From NCBI RefSeq assembly GCF_006345805.1, contig NW_021833276.1:1-64000 (forward strand): a stretch of 64,000 nucleotides of DNA, given 5' to 3'. Both the position numbers and the translations under genes were made by a program. Position 1 is the stretch's first letter. Each line of letters opens with the position of its first letter. Of the stretch, positions 26,406-39,743 are shown piece after piece. Below the pieces are notes generated by a model that was given only the letters and a program-made list of their open reading frames with translations, was not told where the DNA came from and ran no database searches. This stretch comes from Octopus sinensis. Lineage: Eukaryota.

Positions 26406-26801
26406 TCTTTATATATAAAAGTGAAGTTGTGTGTCTGTCTCCTACGATTTAGATTCCTAACTACTCCCACATTTTGCGGTGCAGTTTAACCAAAACCGGG
26501 TATCTTATAGTCGTGATTCATATCGAACTCTTCTGGGTATTAGCGCGCGTCTACGATGAGTCTACGATTTAAAAAAAAATTACCATCATTTTTTTCCATT
26601 TTAATGCATTTTTTCGGTATTATATAAGGGAAGTAACTCTCTAAAAATGTCTACGATGAGTCAACGATTTTTAAAAAATTACCATAATTTTTTTTTCCAT
26701 TTTTAATGCATTTTTTTGCTATTTTTTGGCTATAACTCTCTAAAAATGCTTATATAATTATTTCCCTTACAAACCCGAGCAACGCCGGGCGATACCGCTA
26801 G
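26406..26801 (+). mobile_element. Complete non-autonomous Helitron
   Basis: 5' TC start (a|tctttatatataaaa), subterminal hairpin cccg-agcaacgc-cggg and CTAG|t end; inserted between A and T; has an internal duplication. Confidence 0.82.
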
Positions 26802-26892
26802 TTATGTATAAATTTTACCTTTAAAGGCATTTTTTGATATGCTGGCCATTGATAAAATGTTTTTCCCGAAAAAGTTTTTATCATATATCAAT

Positions 26893-26971
<79 letters not shown>

Positions 26972-27135
26972 TTACGTACATGCATGTATACATACATATA
27001 TATATATATATGTATCTATATATATATATATATTGATATAATAATAATAATAATAATAATAAAATTATATAATAATATAATAATAATAAATAATAATAAT
27101 AATAATAATATAATATTAATAATAATATAATAATA

Positions 27136-27182
<47 letters not shown>

Positions 27183-27360
27183 TAATTATATAATAATAAT
27201 AATAATAATAATATTATAACAAAAGAATGAATGAGTCCGATATTATGTAAAATAGAGGAATTTATATTTATACAGGTATATATAATATATATAATATATA
27301 TATATAAATGGCGGTGCCCCAGCATGGCCACGGCTCGTGAGCTGAAACTAATATATATAT

Positions 27361-27590
27361 AAAATTATAATTAGGGTATCTACGAGATACCGCCATGCTG
27401 AAAATAGCAGCCATGATCTGACACTAAAACCACCTTAATTGTCCATATCGCAAACACGGAGAGAAAACAAAGAGACAAGATGAAACTAGTAAAAAATTAC
27501 TGGAAAATTCTAGATCCGGATTTCTGACTTTGCATTTAGAAATGCTTTCCCTCGTCAGTTGAATACACACAGAAAAGAGACATAAACATA
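27361..27590 (-). mobile_element. pLTR-like unit with an HHR motif at 27507-27564; internally deleted inverted partner at about 28305-28420
   Basis: Minus strand: attcaa-CTGACGA-[gcattt/aaatgc]-GAAA-tccgga-TC-tagaat. The partner shares ctgtgtgtatt..ctgacgagg and gtcagatcatggctgctattttc..cgtagataccctaat. Confidence 0.65.
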
Positions 27591-27863
27591 TATATATAAG
27601 CACAACATACGAATACTTACATATACGAACGTATACATATATATATATATATTATATTAATATATATATATATATGCAAGTATGCGTCACTGTATTTACT
27701 GCGGTGATTTTTAACCATATCTCACATGGAATTATACGGCGAGTATTTTGAACTGTGCATAATACGTATGCATACGTACATATATATGCATATATACGTA
27801 TGCATACGTACATATATATGCATATATATGTATGTATACGTTCGTATATGTATGTATACGTAC

Positions 27864-28272
27864 CCTTTACTCTTTTACCCTTTTACTTGTTTCAGTCATT
27901 TGACTGCGGCCATGCTGGAGCACCGCCTTTAGTCGAGCAAATCGACCCCGGGACTTATTCTTTGTAAGCCCAGTACTTATTCTATCGGTCTCTTTTGCCG
28001 AACCCCGAAGTTACGGGGACGTAAACACACCAGCATCGGTTGTCAAGCAATGCTAGGGGGACAAACACAGACTAACAAACACATACACACACATATATAT
28101 ACATATATACGATAGGCTTCTTTCAGTTTCCGTCTACCAAATCCACTCACAAGGCATTGGTGGGCCGGGGCTATAGCAGAAGACACTTGCCCAAGATGCC
28201 ACGCAGTGGGACTGAACCCGGAACCATGTGGTTGGTTAGCAAGCTACTTACCACACAGCCACTCCTGCGCCT
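27864..28272 (-). mobile_element. Full-length tRNA-derived SINE, family 1
   Basis: Head ggcgcaggagtggctgtgtggtaag..ccgggttcagtccc, internal microsatellite, and tail tgactgaaacaagtaaaag. Confidence 0.88.
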
Positions 28273-28504
28273 TACGTAGGTTGTATTTATATATATATAT
28301 GTATTTGTATTTCTCTTCTGTGTGTATTTTACTGACGAGGCAAAGCATTCCTAAATACAAGGTGGTTTTAGAGTCAGATCATGGCTGCTATTTTCGTAGA
28401 TACCCTAATTTATAATTTTAATAATTATTACCTTGAAGGTTATTCTTTCCATGCTGGCCACTTGATAAAATCGTTGTTTTATTTTAAATTAACGATCTTA
28501 TCCT

Positions 28505-28583
<79 letters not shown>

Positions 28584-28648
28584 TGTGGTGTGTGTATGTG
28601 TGTGTGTGTGTGGTGTGTTATGTGGTGTGTGTGTGTGTATGTGTGTGT

Positions 28649-28687
<39 letters not shown>

Positions 28688-29654
28688 ACATATATATATT
28701 TGTATTTACACACAACAATTTGTTATAGAGAGAAGAATTGATGGATATCGTCGCCGAATCAGTTTTCACACCGACATGTAAAAGCATACATAGAAATTAA
28801 ATAAAATTAAATAGATCATCGAACTCGATCTCTTTCGGTTTCGACGATGTGATTTTCATTAACAGGAGATTCATTGTAAATATGATGTAATTGCCTTAAC
28901 TTTTTTAAAACATGTTGCGAAAATAATTTTACCAAATCCTCTAGCAATACATTTTTGACGAGAATTTGGGATAAATGTCTGCGATGGCGTCCCGTCCAGC
29001 TGGGGGGAACACATACCTCACAGAAACCGGGAAATCGGGCCCATGAGCCTGACTAGGCTTGAAAAGGGCGCAAAAAATGGGGTAAATGTAATTACTTTCC
29101 AGCGAAAATTTATGCGCAATGTGGTAGTTTATCAATGCTTGCCTGTCTGTATAGAGCAGCTATCATTCTGAGAGAAATACCTAGGAGCTCCCGGCGTTGC
29201 GAGGGCTCATTTAACATAAACCCCTCAGATGGATGAAATAAATAGGAGAAAATACAAACAATCATAAACACCACAAAAGTGAACATTTGCGGCACAAAGT
29301 GGTAGATGTTTTCACAGCTTAGAAGGCATGGAAAAATTAATAAAATGAACGTAGTTAAAATCTTCAAGGAAAATTCAAAACTTCAACATAGGAATTCATT
29401 ATAAGCATTGAACACAGCATTATTTCTGAGTTTCATTATATATATCTTAACGTGGATATTCTGTAATAAAGCCATAACACTGCGGTATTCGTCTTGCGAA
29501 AGCATCTCGTATATGCTTATAGTGATAAAAATCACAAGAAGTGTGTCACTAGCGGACGAAACATGTCCTGCTGCTGATGACACGCAAATACGAAGAAATA
29601 TAGATTAAGCAGTTCCATTGTCGCTCCTTGATTCTTTTCGTCTGCTACTGGTAC

Positions 29655-29955
29655 CGGTACTCTGTCGGTTACGAAGACGAGGGTTCCAGTTGAACCGATC
29701 AAAGGAACAGCTTTCTCGTGAAATTAACGTAGAAGCGACTGAGCACTCCACTGACGCGCGTATCCTTAAACGTAATTCGCTGGGAACTTCAGTATGACAC
29801 AGAATGTAACAAAGCTGACCCTTACAAGTACTACATATTTTTTGCCAGCTGAGTGGATTGGAGATACGTGAAATAAAGTGTCTTGCTCAAGGACACAATG
29901 CATCGCCAGGAATTGAACTCACGACCTTACGATTGTGAGCCAAATACCCTCACTG
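29655..29955 (-). mobile_element. tRNA-derived SINE, family 2
   Basis: Collinear with 25494-25806. Confidence 0.78.
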
Positions 29956-30353
29956 CTACTGATACATACGTGTACTTTTTAGCATTATGCATTTATACAA
30001 GAAGCTTTCTCACGGCGAATACTGCAGCTTTGTAACTTACGTTATGTAGAATGCTATTTTAAAAGTGGAACGCAAGTCACTGAGAGAAATTCTGTTATTG
30101 GAAAATATTATTGTACACGATTTGTTTCTAATCCACAAGGATTAGAAGCGTAAAGAACAATACAGAAGGACAGATTGACATTCTAAATTAGATTGCCTCC
30201 ATATACAGACAAATCTTGAAGTCAAAAATGAAAACTCTTTCTTCCATATAATTAATGCCCTATGTCCTGACTAAATAGCATGTACAAACTTTAACCTAGC
30301 TGTCGCAACTAATTCCTCATTGACTATTGTGAAATCAACCATAAAGTAAATAA

Positions 30354-30585
30354 GGCGACGAATGGCGGAAACATTAATACGCCGGGCTAAGTGCTTAGCA
30401 GTATTTCGTCTGCCGTTACGTTCTAAGTTCAAATTCCGCCGAGGTCGACTTTGCCTTTCATCCTTTCGGGGTCGATTAAATAAGTACCAGTTACGCACTG
30501 GGGTTGATGTAATCGACTTAATCCGTTTATCTGTCCTTGTTTGTCCCCTCTGTGTTTAGCCCCTTGTGGGTAGTAAAGAAATAGG
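30354..30585 (+). mobile_element. SINE family 3 with a Nin-like central domain
   Basis: B-box-like gttcaaattcc, then gaggtcgactttgcctttcatcctttcggggtcgattaaataagtaccag (Nin-like) and tail tctgtgtttagccccttgtggg. Confidence 0.82.
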
Positions 30586-31246
30586 TATAGTAAATGATGA
30601 TCTAGCAGATGAAAAGAAGTGAGTGTGAGGGTGTACATATCTTAAGCAATAAAACCGCGTTGTCTGAAATAAGAGTAACAGAAATTTTGATACAGTATAG
30701 ATTGTTCGCAGGAAGGTATCCGCTCATGGAAGGGCATATATTTGGATGAAGACAGATAGAAATAGAGAAGGTGAGAGACAGACAGACAAACAGACAGAAA
30801 GTGTGATTGAGAGAAAAGAGAGAGGCAAGATTTGTGGAATTAAGGAAGAGAGAGAGAGAGAAAAAACAGAAAACTCAAGAGACATACAGAGAGAAAGTGA
30901 GCCCGAGAGACTCAGACAAAAACTTGTAAAGAATGAGATGCTTAGTCAAAACTGGAGTTAAAGTAAACATGCAAGAGAAAGATGGTGAAAATACAATGAA
31001 GTTTAATATAAAGTGGGGAAAGAAAGCCTGCCAAGGCATAGCAAAGACATCACCACGTCTCTTCCTTCCTTCTTCCTCTCTCTCCCTCCTGCTTTTTCTG
31101 CGGTATTTCTCAACCGTACTTTTATGTATAAAATTGAAGCACGTTTAGTTGAAAGTACTTTTTGGCTACAACGACAAGAAAATATTAAGAACTTATATAG
31201 CTAGCTAGCTACAACCACAACACACACACACACACACACACACCAC

Positions 31247-31339
<93 letters not shown>

Positions 31340-32679
31340 TAGATACATACATACATAAATACATATATACTATACATACATACATACATACATACATACA
31401 TGCATAATACATACATGCATACATACATATGTATATACTTATCTATGCCAGTACCTCTAAGTATACATATTGCATGTACAATCATACATAAATATACACA
31501 CATGCATATATACATGAATGTGTGTACGTTTGTGCGTGTGTGTGTGCGCGCGCATCTAAATATAAATATACCTGTAAAGGCTAAGTGAGTGTCAGGATGT
31601 AATTAAAGACCCAGTCGTGTCAAGCATATTTATAAATTAACATAATGCAATTAGCGCAATTATAATGATATAAATTAATTAAATTAGGTAAGCCATTTAT
31701 AGATTTTTATTCATTTCTGTCTTTACCGGTTATTACATTGCGCATTCAATACTACTTATGTGAAATTTTCGACCATCCGAGAACTGTTCCAAATACAGTA
31801 CAGTTTCAAAAGAATTAGATCGGTCAAGCGTCTCTACACTTTCAGCCATCTAAACAGTTTTCAAAATTACCGTGGAGTTTCCACGGGTATTACCAGTATA
31901 CATAAATGCAAATATAGACAGACTCATACATGATTATTTACATTAAAGTAACTGATAGGAGAATCGGGTGGCCTTCCTTTTTGCACTTATTGCGACTCTG
32001 TGATTTGAGTTCGAATTCCATCAACATCAAGGTTCCCTTTCGTGTTTTCTGAGGAAGATAAATTACCTTCACTACTGTTGATTCTTCGCCTCTCCGCTCT
32101 TTTATTTTATTTTTTTCGGATAAATTTACAGTAAGAAGACCTGGAGAGGGACGGGAACCGCCAGTTTTTCAAATGCCCAAATCATACTCTGTCAAGACGT
32201 TGCCGACCGTACTTTGTCAGACGTTAAAACACTGCGCATATTTGCACGCATACATAGATATCTATCTTGATGACGTTGTCAAGATTCCAATAAAAAGGCC
32301 CTTTTTCAGGGTTAGGAAACGATCTTATTTTTATTGATGAGCAAATGTTAAAATTAAATCGGAACATATTTGCATATATACACAGCGACGTCGACTGAAT
32401 CAGCAGTAAACATGAGAGAAGAGATTTAAGATCTATCTAAACGTTCTCTGAGTATCGTGTGGTTTTTTATTAAAAATTCATTGGATGAACAACAGTAGCA
32501 AAAATAATTTCATCGGCTGGGCCTTCACATGCAAAGACAGTACCTTTCTGATCAGGAGTGAATTTCTTAAAAATTTCGTTTCCGATGACGTTCCATATGA
32601 CCTCAGAACTGTTAAACTAACCTACCTCAACAAATATCAGAAGAAATACTCTGAATACTAAAAAAGAAAAGACATTGAG

Positions 32680-33500
32680 ATCGGATGTGTTGGGTATGTT
32701 TCTCGTATACTCAAGAATGGTACTACTATCGATAAAAAGAGTGGCCTTTCTTTGGCTCGGGAGCGTTATAAGTGAGCCGCAATTTGAAGTTTACGGCAAA
32801 AAACTGAGAAGTGCCCAGAGACTGCCCTGCATGCAGTCTCGAAGGAGAGATAGAATGGTGAGTGGTATGTCGCTAAGTCTCATTGATTGGGAACTATTAA
32901 TGGTTTACGATTTAGCCACAAGGCCAATATTTTTGAAAAATGTGTCTCAGAGTGTATTCGGCAGGTGTCACAAAGGCGTAATGGATGATTGCTACGATAG
33001 ACAAAGAATGAAGGATATGAGATGCTGGTAGTCGAGTTGGGATCAGGCTGCACATAATGAATGCATAACTCCAATAAACAATTAAGATAAATTTTTTTAA
33101 TGTTCAAATAATTTTCGTGTTGGTCACGAATTAGAAATTGCAACAACAAGGTAAAAATATTATGAAACTCTTATAAATAGTTGATTAAAAAGGTTATGTA
33201 ATAATGTTGCCAGGACAGGAGAAAATATACATCCTGGATTCACGCCGGTAAACTGTAGCGGTATATCCAGATTGAGTAAGGGCTGTGTAACGGATACTAA
33301 TAATAGCAAAATTAATATGTGGTTAGCGTAGTCGCGGACCGTCAAACATTGAAGTAAATGGTGATAAGTGTGAAAATGAATAGGCCGGTCTCTTCGCGAA
33401 TATGCTTGGCAAGATGGAAATGCATTATAGCCCGGGCGTCTCAATACTCTGCGAAGTTGGTATTAAAAATATGCTGGTTTATAAGTCTTGAAGAGGGACG
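32680..33500 (-). mobile_element. Ancient decayed RTE-like reverse transcriptase fragment
   Basis: RRDRPIHF, TGVNPGCIFSPVL (compare GVRQGCxLSPxLF) and SFFVY motifs occur in the expected order. Confidence 0.5.
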
Positions 33501-35227
33501 TTCTACTGGCTTCTACAAGGATTTCTATCACGTGATGTCTGGCTGCTGATTGAACCATAACTTAGCTGATCACGTGAACTAGCTGTTAGTAAACCATGAT
33601 TTCAACTTGGCAATTTGTCGACTCAGTTTCGAGTCTGACTACAAAATTGTCAGTATTTGACTGTTACTTTATTTTATTAATCCTGAAAGAATGAAATGTA
33701 AAATGGACATCGGCAGGATTTAAATTCAGTTTGTAAAAAGTCGGAATTAACACTGCAATTCATTTCTCCAAGGATACAACGATTCTACCAAAAACCAAAT
33801 AAATTTTCCAACACTTTTCTCTTAACACTTAACTGTTAAACAAATTTTATAATTTTCCATGATGAGCGCGCCAATATTTTTTAGCTTCATATATGAAGTC
33901 ACTGCGCCAATAATTATCTGTTTAAACTCCATTGCTCAAAAAGACGGTCGACCATTGCCGCAGACTAGTAATAATTGCTGCGTTCTCTCGTTCTCTCCTG
34001 CTTCTGTTATAGCTATCAACAAAACCTACAGAATAGAGGAAAGTAGAATTGGATAGGGAAGGAACTACTTGCTTGTATTGCTACACTATACCACAAAAAA
34101 TAACTCGCTGCATGGTAGCGTACACGATGGTTATTTTTTAACGAATAAGCATCTATAGCAATAAACATACGTATCGTACTTAGTTGTTTGATCGACTATT
34201 TTACATGCCAAATCTCTGCCCGTTTCTAGCTAACTTAAGGCCAAACAGCAACAGCGGCAGTTTGCAGATTGTTTAGTCACGTGCTCCTGTCAACGATACA
34301 CAGAGCCTCTGTCGACGAAACTTCTTCATGAGTGCACGGAAAATACAGAGACAACGGCGGAAACAGAGAGACAAACAGACAGAGGTGGGTAGAGAGAATG
34401 GGAGAAAAAGTAAATCTACGAGAATCTCGTACATGTGTATATGTATGAACGAATTCGTTTGTGTATCTCTACTCTAACTTTCTCTTTCACCTTACCATAC
34501 AACTCTGGTGTCAATAAGAAAATGAAGGATACTAATACCACCAATTTCTCGTTGTTAGCGCAACTCCTCATTTAGGGTGCCCCTCTATATGATCAGTAAA
34601 TGATCGCATAAAATTTAACACTTACGATAGGAATTCACCTGTAGTATTAGATAATTATGTGAATTCGTCCTCAAAGTTCTTACCAACGATTCCTTGAAAT
34701 TTAAGGTATTCAACTATTCTATTTTGTAATGGTTAAATTGGAAAAAGTGAGACTAAGTCCGAAAACATATTTCTGATAATGATGATGATGATGACGACGA
34801 CGATGATGATGATGATGATGATGATGATGGTGATGATAAACTATCTGCTTAGTTTCTGAGACATCAAGTGAGAGCTTATTTCCCATTCGCCAATTGTATA
34901 CATTTAAATATTAATTGTGCATACTGCTTATATTTGTTGTATTCATGTCTGAAAGCAGGGAAGAGAAAATCAATGATGTGTGATAAGCAATTAAAATATA
35001 AATCTCATCATTCTGAGATTCTGCATATTACGTCCATATAAAAGATATTAAATAAAACGGATCCTTGAAAAGAACCGTAGAAAACACCAAGGAAGTAGTT
35101 AAAGAATATCATATTTAATTTCTTATTCCTTAATTACGTAATTTAGAATGCAGCATATAATGATCCAGATGGTCAAGGTTTCTGTAATGTCCAAGAATAT
35201 ATAGAGTTTTTTTTCTTTTTGTTTGAT

Positions 35228-36113
35228 ACTACCCCAAACAAACCAGAATTTTGCAATATTATTTTATTCACTTAGTTCTACATGTTTTACACTTTTATTG
35301 CCTTCAAAGTATTCTCCATTTGAAGCAACGCTTTGGTCCAGATGCGTTTTTCACCGTTAGAAGCAATCCCAGAACTCTTGCGAAGTGATGCCTTTTAACG
35401 CCTCCGTCGGTTTTCTCTTTACCTCTTCCACATTTACAAATTCAGTAACACCGGCTTTTGTCACCAGTTATAACCTTCGAAAAAAGGTCCGGATCATCGT
35501 TCAACTGTTCTTTCAGTTCACGACACGCATTCACCTGTGACTGCTTTTGATGTTCCGTGAGCAAGTGAGGCACAGATTTTGCTGCAACTCTTTTTATTCG
35601 CAATCGCTCAAAATTCGTCTGCAGGAACTCCAGAACATACCAGTCATATCAACAAGTTCGTCAATTGTTCGGTGACGGTCCTCCAAGATCACTTCACCAA
35701 TTTTCATGATGTTTTCAATCGGGCGGGAGGTCGACGGTCTCCCTGAACGAGGCTGAACTTTAAACGACAAGTGATCATTCCTAAAGCGTGGAAACCACTT
35801 ATAGACTTGTGTTTTGCTCATAGCAGCCTCCTTGTAAGCTGTCTGAAGCGGGACAACTGTTTCGGCCACCATTTGTCTCAGCAGAAAACAGAATTTCGAG
35901 GAAGTATGCTGTTCCTTCATTTCAGCCATCGCAAAGATCGAGGAACACTGGAAAACAAATATACACCACGTGGCAATACGACAACAACGGACGACACCGG
36001 CCAGCAGACTATTGCCAGAGGGTTGCATTAAGTGGCTTCCAGCGGCAAAAGTCCAAACTGCAACAGGCTCGTCCGACAGAAAACGTTTCCATTTACTTTT
36101 GGGTACTTCCTCA
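35228..36113 (-). mobile_element. Internally deleted mariner transposon
   Basis: EQHTSSKFCFLL..LQTAYKEAAMSKTQVYKWFPRFR..PRSGRPSTS..EDRHRTIDEL (HTH region) and C-terminal ASNGEYFEG; degenerate TIRs with TA at the right end. Confidence 0.85.
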
Positions 36114-36122
36114 TATATATAT

Positions 36123-36164
<42 letters not shown>

Positions 36165-36171
36165 CACATAA

Positions 36172-36208
<37 letters not shown>

Positions 36209-36309
36209 ACCATATATATATATTAATTTATACATATATATATATATATATGCAGATGTGTCTGTGTGGTAAGAAGCTTGCTTCCCAACTACATGGTTCC
36301 ATGTTCAGA

Positions 36310-37420
36310 GGAAATATCTTTATTTATATTGAAGATGAAAAATAAAATCACAGATTGCAAAAAGAGAAACAAACACGTAATCCAGCGAGAAAAGTATTAA
36401 AAATGACCATCAATAAATATGGATGTATAAACGCATGGCGCGAGTACACTCGCTCATACAAGCATCGGCAAAAATGTGAGCATAAACACAAATGAAGTTT
36501 GGTGACTCATGATCACAAAGCTAGTTAGCTATCTACTTGGTGTTTGTAAGAATGAGGCGGTTAAAAGTAAACTTAAGTCATCCATACCATATTGAGTCGT
36601 AAATTAAATTATGTTAACGGTTACTCAAAATTGATTCTCACTGCATTGTGCCAAAGTACATTTATAAGAGTGTCGGCATCTCGAGAGTCATTCAGAAATT
36701 CTTTTAATGATCTTCTCGTTAGTCCATAGAACAGGCAGGAGTAGAGACGGCACCTCATCGAAATTATATTTTATGGTTTCGCGTACCTTCCTATGGACCA
36801 AGTTAGGCTGTATTTCATTTTATCCTCCTTCGATCACCATACAAAATCTGCAAAATATGTTGAATATCTGTTATTGGTTGTCTTCAAACTGGCAACATGG
36901 TTATGATAACGACCTTAAATGAATCGGCCATTCGCTCAATGTAAACATACGTCCCTCCCTTTGTGTGCACGGTACATTTATATACAAGATTAATACTCAT
37001 ACAGAGATTGATCAAAGGACATTTTGAATTTTCTCTGCATGAGCATGTATCGTATTTATTTGTATATATGATAGTTCCGACTCTATTTACCGTGTTAGCT
37101 GTATCACAAGTATTTCTACTACTACAAATTGGTCGTAATTATTGTTTATCATTGCGATTTACATCTCCTTGGTTGGAATTTAGATGCAAATGTTCGCTAG
37201 ATCCAGTAAGTAGGTTATTGAAACTTTGCCGCATTTTGCCATCGTCTATGCGGTGCATATGCTGCTCTAAATTAGCAGAGTTGGCGCAAAATACTTTTAC
37301 GGTGTGCTGATTAAAAATAGCATGACACCGATTAGATTTAGATGTGTATGATTGTGTATAGAAGAATATATTAATCAAAGAATTCCAAGTTCGTCTAATT
37401 TTCAAGTTTTATTTACAATC
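36310..37420 (-). mobile_element. Old decayed Naiad-type Penelope-like element (3' half)
   Basis: HAIFNQHTVKV, GRYHNHVASL, YSLTWSIGRYAKP and CRH motifs parallel the element at 23750-25400; a residual helix-II-like hairpin gcgag-tgta-ctcgc lies near 36440. Confidence 0.6.
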
Positions 37421-37548
37421 TTGTAATAATATTAAATAAAGTACTAAGTTCAATCAAAATATTCTATCACTTCATTTTATTACATTATCTTTATTATATT
37501 GTTATAAGATTGTAATAATAAATGAGATCGAAGTTGGAATTCCATTGA

Positions 37549-37589
<41 letters not shown>

Positions 37590-37592
<3 letters not shown>

Positions 37593-37760
37593 CGCTATTC
37601 ACTAAATCTTTTTATTTTCTGTCTCTGTTTATTTCTGTGTTTCTTTCTGTCGAAGAGCGTAGGCTCGAACGTAAAAGACTTTCTTCAATTCCTGAGCGTT
37701 AAACTAATATATCTGTTTGTTGTTTACACACCCGTCTTTTGTCTTGTTCTTTTTTTTCCA
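37590..37760 (+). mobile_element. Short (TA)n-embedded repeat with a degenerate HHR-like motif at 37642-37678
   Basis: tcttt-CTGTCGA-a-gagc-gtag-gctc-GAA-cgt-a-aaaga; shares cctgagcg with 41500-41700 and 48110-48181. Confidence 0.5.
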
Positions 37761-38279
37761 GCTATATATATATATATATATTATATACCTTAGCGTTATT
37801 AATTAAAAAACGAAAACAAAGATAAAAATAAACCAATATAACGGCCTTAAAATATATTTGTATGCTATTAAGTATTCTAATGTTTATATACCTTATCGTA
37901 TTAGTTTTTATATACCAGGAACGAAAAATTACATATATATATATTGATAAGTTACCAAATTATGGTTGGTAGCGATATAGCATCCAAGAGGGTGCCGTAG
38001 TCGCTTTTACCGGTTATTAATGGTGGCTAATTAATGGTGGCGAGTGTATAAAAATACTCCAGGTAATTTTATTTACTAACGTCAGTCTATCTTCACATCG
38101 GTAAATCCATATTTAGATTATATCTTAACAAGCTGTTGATTTTACCCATGAAGAAAGTGCCAACTAACATAAAGATGTAAATTTTGCAGTGTGCATTAGT
38201 TAAAACATGTTAAGTGTAGAAACGAAAATAAGTAATTAACTGCTGAATAAAACTGGATATAAATCTCTTTTCTTCTTGC

Positions 38280-38660
38280 CCTTTCAATGTCAAACTAAAA
38301 GACAATTTGAAACGATGCAAGATTCTCTTTTCTTCCTGAGAAAACAAAGCAACAGAACGCAGTACCTGGAACCGGTCCTACTTCTCTTCAGTTCAAAGAT
38401 TTGAACAAAGTTGACGCCAGCGTCGGGGTGAACTTCGTGCAATCATGAAGGCATGCTGGCAAAATGCTGTTCTTCTAAATGGAAGCCTTACTTGTCATTG
38501 TGATTTTGTAGCACAAAGCAAAGCAGGCCTTGCTGTCCACTCAAGAAAACACATAGTAAATGATCTACAAGCATTCGAGCAAACTCAGTCCTAAACTTTT
38601 TCCATTTGTAAAAAGGTTTTCAAGGCACCAGCAGGCCTCAAGAGACACATTAAGACTTTA
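38280..38660 (+). mobile_element. RTE-like LINE C-terminal fragment with two C2H2-like fingers
   Basis: KLKDNLKRCKI...KATERSTWNR...VQRFEQ followed by CHCDFVAQSKAGLAVHSRKH and CKKVFKAPAGLKRHIK. Confidence 0.6.
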
Positions 38661-38686
38661 TTTTACAGACCTCTCTCATTTGTCGT

Positions 38687-39195
38687 TCACGACAAGAGAA
38701 TCCATTCGTGCATATAACGAGGACCACTTGTAAATGATGATGGGAGGATTATAAGTTGCTCTATGTTTTGAATATCACCATCTGTCCTCAGAGCACATTG
38801 GAGATGAACGTAATTTTTAGCCCTTAATTTTGTTTTATTGTTACGAATATGGAGGAGACGCGCACTCTCAACTTTAGAATACATATCAACGAGTTATTGC
38901 TGAAATATATAGCGGTACATGTGTGATTGATTTGATTGTTCTGATTTTAACATCAGTTGGTAAGGAAAAAGTCATTTGACGACACCTTTTTATTTGTAAT
39001 TGGTTCTCCATGGAATATTGAAACGATACCCAACTTGTCCATTCCACAAAATAAGAGGATACTGGAGAGCATCGCAAGAGGGATGAGTTTCTGAAAATGT
39101 TTAAAGTTGTTATCTCAAGCGCGAATGAGAATATCACGATTTTCAATAGGGATCACCTACTATAAGGATAGGAGCTTCATTAGAAGTGGGCTTAT
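38687..39195 (-). mobile_element. Helitron Rep/helicase fragment
   Basis: MYSKVESARLLHIRNNKTKLRAKNYVHLQ..IILPSSFTSGPRYMHE matches the Helitron Rep-region signature. Confidence 0.85.
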
Positions 39196-39332
39196 TAAAA
39201 CGGCATAAAATATCCTTTACTGTAGTTTATCATAAACGTAACGAACGCAGAAATACACACTGACAGACAGACACACACACACACACTCATACGTATATAT
39301 ATATATATATAATATAATATTATATATATATA

Positions 39333-39382
<50 letters not shown>

Positions 39383-39385
39383 TGT

Positions 39386-39420
<35 letters not shown>

Positions 39421-39454
39421 AATTGTCTAAGGCTTAACATGAAAATAATAAAAA

Positions 39455-39743
39455 AGGCAAAGTCGATCTCGGCGGAATTTGAACTCAGAACGTAAAGACA
39501 GACGAAATACCTATTTCTTTACTACCCACAAGGGGCTAAACACAGAGATGACAAACAAGGACAGACAAACGGATTATGTTGATTATATCGACCCCAGTGC
39601 GTAACTGGGACTTATTTAATCGACCCCAAAAGGATGAAAGTCAAAGTCGACCTCGGAGGAATTTGAACTCAGAACGTAGCGGCAGACGAAATACCGCTAA
39701 GCATTTCGCCCGGCGTTCTAACGTTTCTGCCAGCTCGCCGCCT
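39455..39743 (-). mobile_element. SINE family 3 (Nin-like), one full copy plus a partial tandem copy
   Basis: Collinear with 30354-30585; the head segment is repeated after the tail. Confidence 0.82.

Noticed and set aside
28200-28272. tRNA genes at SINE heads (also about 25740-25806 and 30354-30440)
   Set aside because: A- and B-box-like motifs are present, but there is no full cloverleaf and each continues into a SINE body.
29543-29583. GAAAC and CTGATGA close together as a type II hammerhead
   Set aside because: No helix I can form between GUC and CUGAUGA, and helix II pairing is poor; the segment folds better as a simple hairpin.
38490-38660. Host C2H2 zinc-finger gene exon
   Set aside because: The fingers directly follow an RTE-like C-terminal motif and are interrupted by a stop, so a LINE remnant explains them better.
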